Assembly (NCBI GenBank): GCA_049967655.1
Contig: JBMFSH010000011.1
Span: 1-64,000, forward strand
DNA from: Acidobacteriota bacterium
GTDB lineage: Bacteria; Acidobacteriota; UBA4820; DSQY01
Direction of reading: 5' to 3'
Length of the DNA: 64,000 nt
The translations under genes were made by a program, and so were the position numbers. Each line of letters starts with the position of its first letter. Positions within the stretch are counted from its first letter, which is position 1. The notes beneath the pieces were generated by a model that made no database searches, was not told where the DNA came from, and saw nothing but the letters and a program-made list of their open reading frames with translations. Shown one piece after another: positions 62,470 to 64,000 of the stretch.

Positions 62470-62500
62470 TTGAAAAAAAAAGGGGGGGGGGGCATATATT
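62470..62500 (+). promoter_or_regulatory. Putative promoter with homopolymer tracts (A9, G11) in the spacer
   Basis: TTGAAA (62470-62475), 19 bp that are almost all A and G runs, TATATT (62495-62500). Confidence 0.55.
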
Positions 62501-62546
62501 TGCGCTAACCCCAGCGGGAAGGGCAGGAAAGAAAGGAGGGTGCTTC

Positions 62547-62753
62547 ATGAAAAAGCTGTTCACGGTTAGTGCTATTTTGGGAGCGTTGCTGTTGGTGACA
62601 GTTTTGGTCTTCGGTAGCCAGGCTCCCCCGCCCCCTATTATCTTGCCCCCGGGAGGCAATTGCGGGCCGGTTTATGGCTGCACTTTCAGTCGTGTGACCG
62701 GCTACTGCGAGGGTACCTCGGGGGCCTGCCAATGCATGGACTGTTACCCTTGA
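62547..62753 (+). CDS. Small secreted Cys-rich peptide (68 aa, six Cys)
   Basis: AAGGAGG RBS; signal-like MKKLFTVSAILGALLLVTVLVFG, Pro-rich linker, NCGPVYGCTFSRVTGYCEGTSGACQCMDCYP. Confidence 0.72.
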   Translation: MKKLFTVSAILGALLLVTVLVFGSQAPPPPIILPPGGNCGPVYGCTFSRVTGYCEGTSGACQCMDCYP

Positions 62754-62806
62754 TGTGAAGGATACCCCTGTCCCGCCGGCGGTTGATATGCGTGAGGAGG
62801 TGAGCG

Positions 62807-63880
62807 ATGAGAGGAAGGGGGCGGCACGGCGGTTTGGTGCTGCTTCGCTCGGTGACAATTCTCTGTTTAGGGCTCTTTGGTGGATCGCTGCCCATCGCGT
62901 CTGCTGCACCAAGGCTCCTTTCGGTTGAACCCCTTGTCCTACCCGGCCTGCCGAAGGCCGTGGAGGGGCTCTGCGCGGGCCCTCAAGGGCGCCTCTTCGT
63001 GCTGGACAGGGTGAACGGAGAGGTGCTCGTTTTCGATAAAGAGGGCCGAAAGATAGGCTCCTTCGGCAAGGGAAGGATAGTAGGCCCACGCTCCATCACG
63101 GCTGCCGGCTCAGAAGTCGCGGTTGTGGAGGGGAGAGGGTCCCTCCTTTTTTTCAATGGGCGAACCCTCTCTTACGAGAAGACGACAACCGGCCTCACCC
63201 GTTACTGCCCTGGCTTGGGGGCCGCGCTCACACCCAAAAGGATCGTCTATGGCGGCATGGGCTACGAAGGGGAGCGGCCCGAACGGGGGGAGACCTTCGA
63301 CGCCCTGGTGCTCTTTTCGACCGACTGGGAGGGCCGGGATCTTCGCGTGTGCGCGCGCAGGAAGGTTTTGTGGGAGGAGGAGAAGGGCTTTCAAATCCTT
63401 GCAGGAAGTCATTTCTTTCCTTTACAGGGAGGGGGGATTGCGGTGGCTCGGGTCTTTCCACCCAAGATCTGGTTGCTCGATTCGGAGGGCCGGGTGGTGA
63501 GGCAATCGCAGGGGGGAAACGAACCTCTGCCACGCGCTCCCTCGGAAGGGCGCCTTCCTCCCGATCAGGAGTGGGATGCCATCTATTTCGGAACACCGCA
63601 CGTGGAGGGTCTTTTCGCCGCCGGAGACCGCTTCGCTCTCATCGTCCGGGAACACACCCAAATGGGGCACGTGCTCTACCTTTCTTGGTATGACAAGGAT
63701 CTTCGGCCTTACCAAAGAGAACCCCTCCGGCTCCCGGTCGTCCTGGGGAGTGACGATTTTGTACGCGGGACGGTTTCCTGGGGGAGCAACGAGATTCTTC
63801 TTCTCCTCGTTCGCCGGCAAGAAAGGCCCTGGGGCATCGGGATCTCACGGGTGTTTCGGCTCAAGTTCTCGCACGGATAG
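62807..63880 (+). CDS. Secreted NHL / 6-bladed beta-propeller-like protein
   Basis: GAGGAGG RBS, signal peptide, GPQGRLFVLDRVNGEVLVFDKEGRKIGSFGKG NHL-type blade. Confidence 0.75.
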   Translation: MRGRGRHGGLVLLRSVTILCLGLFGGSLPIASAAPRLLSVEPLVLPGLPKAVEGLCAGPQGRLFVLDRVNGEVLVFDKEGRKIGSFGKGRIVGPRSITAAGSEVAVVEGRGSLLFFNGRTLSYEKTTTGLTRYCPGLGAALTPKRIVYGGMGYEGERPERGETFDALVLFSTDWEGRDLRVCARRKVLWEEEKGFQILAGSHFFPLQGGGIAVARVFPPKIWLLDSEGRVVRQSQGGNEPLPRAPSEGRLPPDQEWDAIYFGTPHVEGLFAAGDRFALIVREHTQMGHVLYLSWYDKDLRPYQREPLRLPVVLGSDDFVRGTVSWGSNEILLLLVRRQERPWGIGISRVFRLKFSHG

Positions 63881-63894
63881 GGCTCGCAAAGACG

Positions 63895-64000
63895 ATGCGC
63901 CGAAACGGTCAATCGTTTTTCCTCGCCTTAGCGCTGGTCGTTTTTTGGGCTGGCTGCCGGGCGCCCTCCCCGGAGAACGCCTGGACGCGGTTGCAAAAGA
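63895..64000 (+). CDS. Probable lipoprotein, 5' part only (runs off window end)
   Basis: MRRNGQSFFLALALVVFWAG-C lipobox-like sequence; open to the window end. Confidence 0.5.
   Translation, partial: MRRNGQSFFLALALVVFWAGCRAPSPENAWTRLQK

Overview
This is a chromosomal window from a high-GC Gram-negative bacterium (it has OmpH/Skp; Acidobacteriota is plausible but inferred, not demonstrated). It contains the replication origin block: dnaA-dnaN-recF-gyrB-gyrA-tal on the minus strand, with DnaA boxes on both sides of dnaA and a DnaA-trio unwinding element. It also has yajC-secDF, ettA, a tricorn protease, a YtrA-type GntR/ABC operon, an XhoI/PaeR7I-family restriction-modification pair and many small metabolic genes. 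I found no rRNA, tRNA, CRISPR array or prophage. The strongest candidates for undescribed biology are: (1) a polyphosphate operon divergent from dnaA (ppx, two tandem thymidylate-kinase-like genes, a basic hypothetical, a metallophosphoesterase and CYTH-CHAD) with no recognisable PPK in the window, where the kinase pair may be an unrecognised polyP kinase; (2) a SecDF fusion with a ComEA-like helix-hairpin-helix domain inserted in the periplasmic SecF loop; (3) a six-cysteine secreted peptide, beta-propeller and lipoprotein locus behind a promoter whose spacer is an A9-G11 homopolymer, suggesting phase variation. The intergenic DNA holds several small selfish or repeat elements: a CTAG-bounded MITE, octamer-bounded inverted-repeat cassettes, a decayed IS1202-family element with a 17-bp target duplication, a ~100-bp dispersed repeat and heptamer/octamer micro-arrays. 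All calls come from reading the sequence and motifs by eye; no database searches were run.
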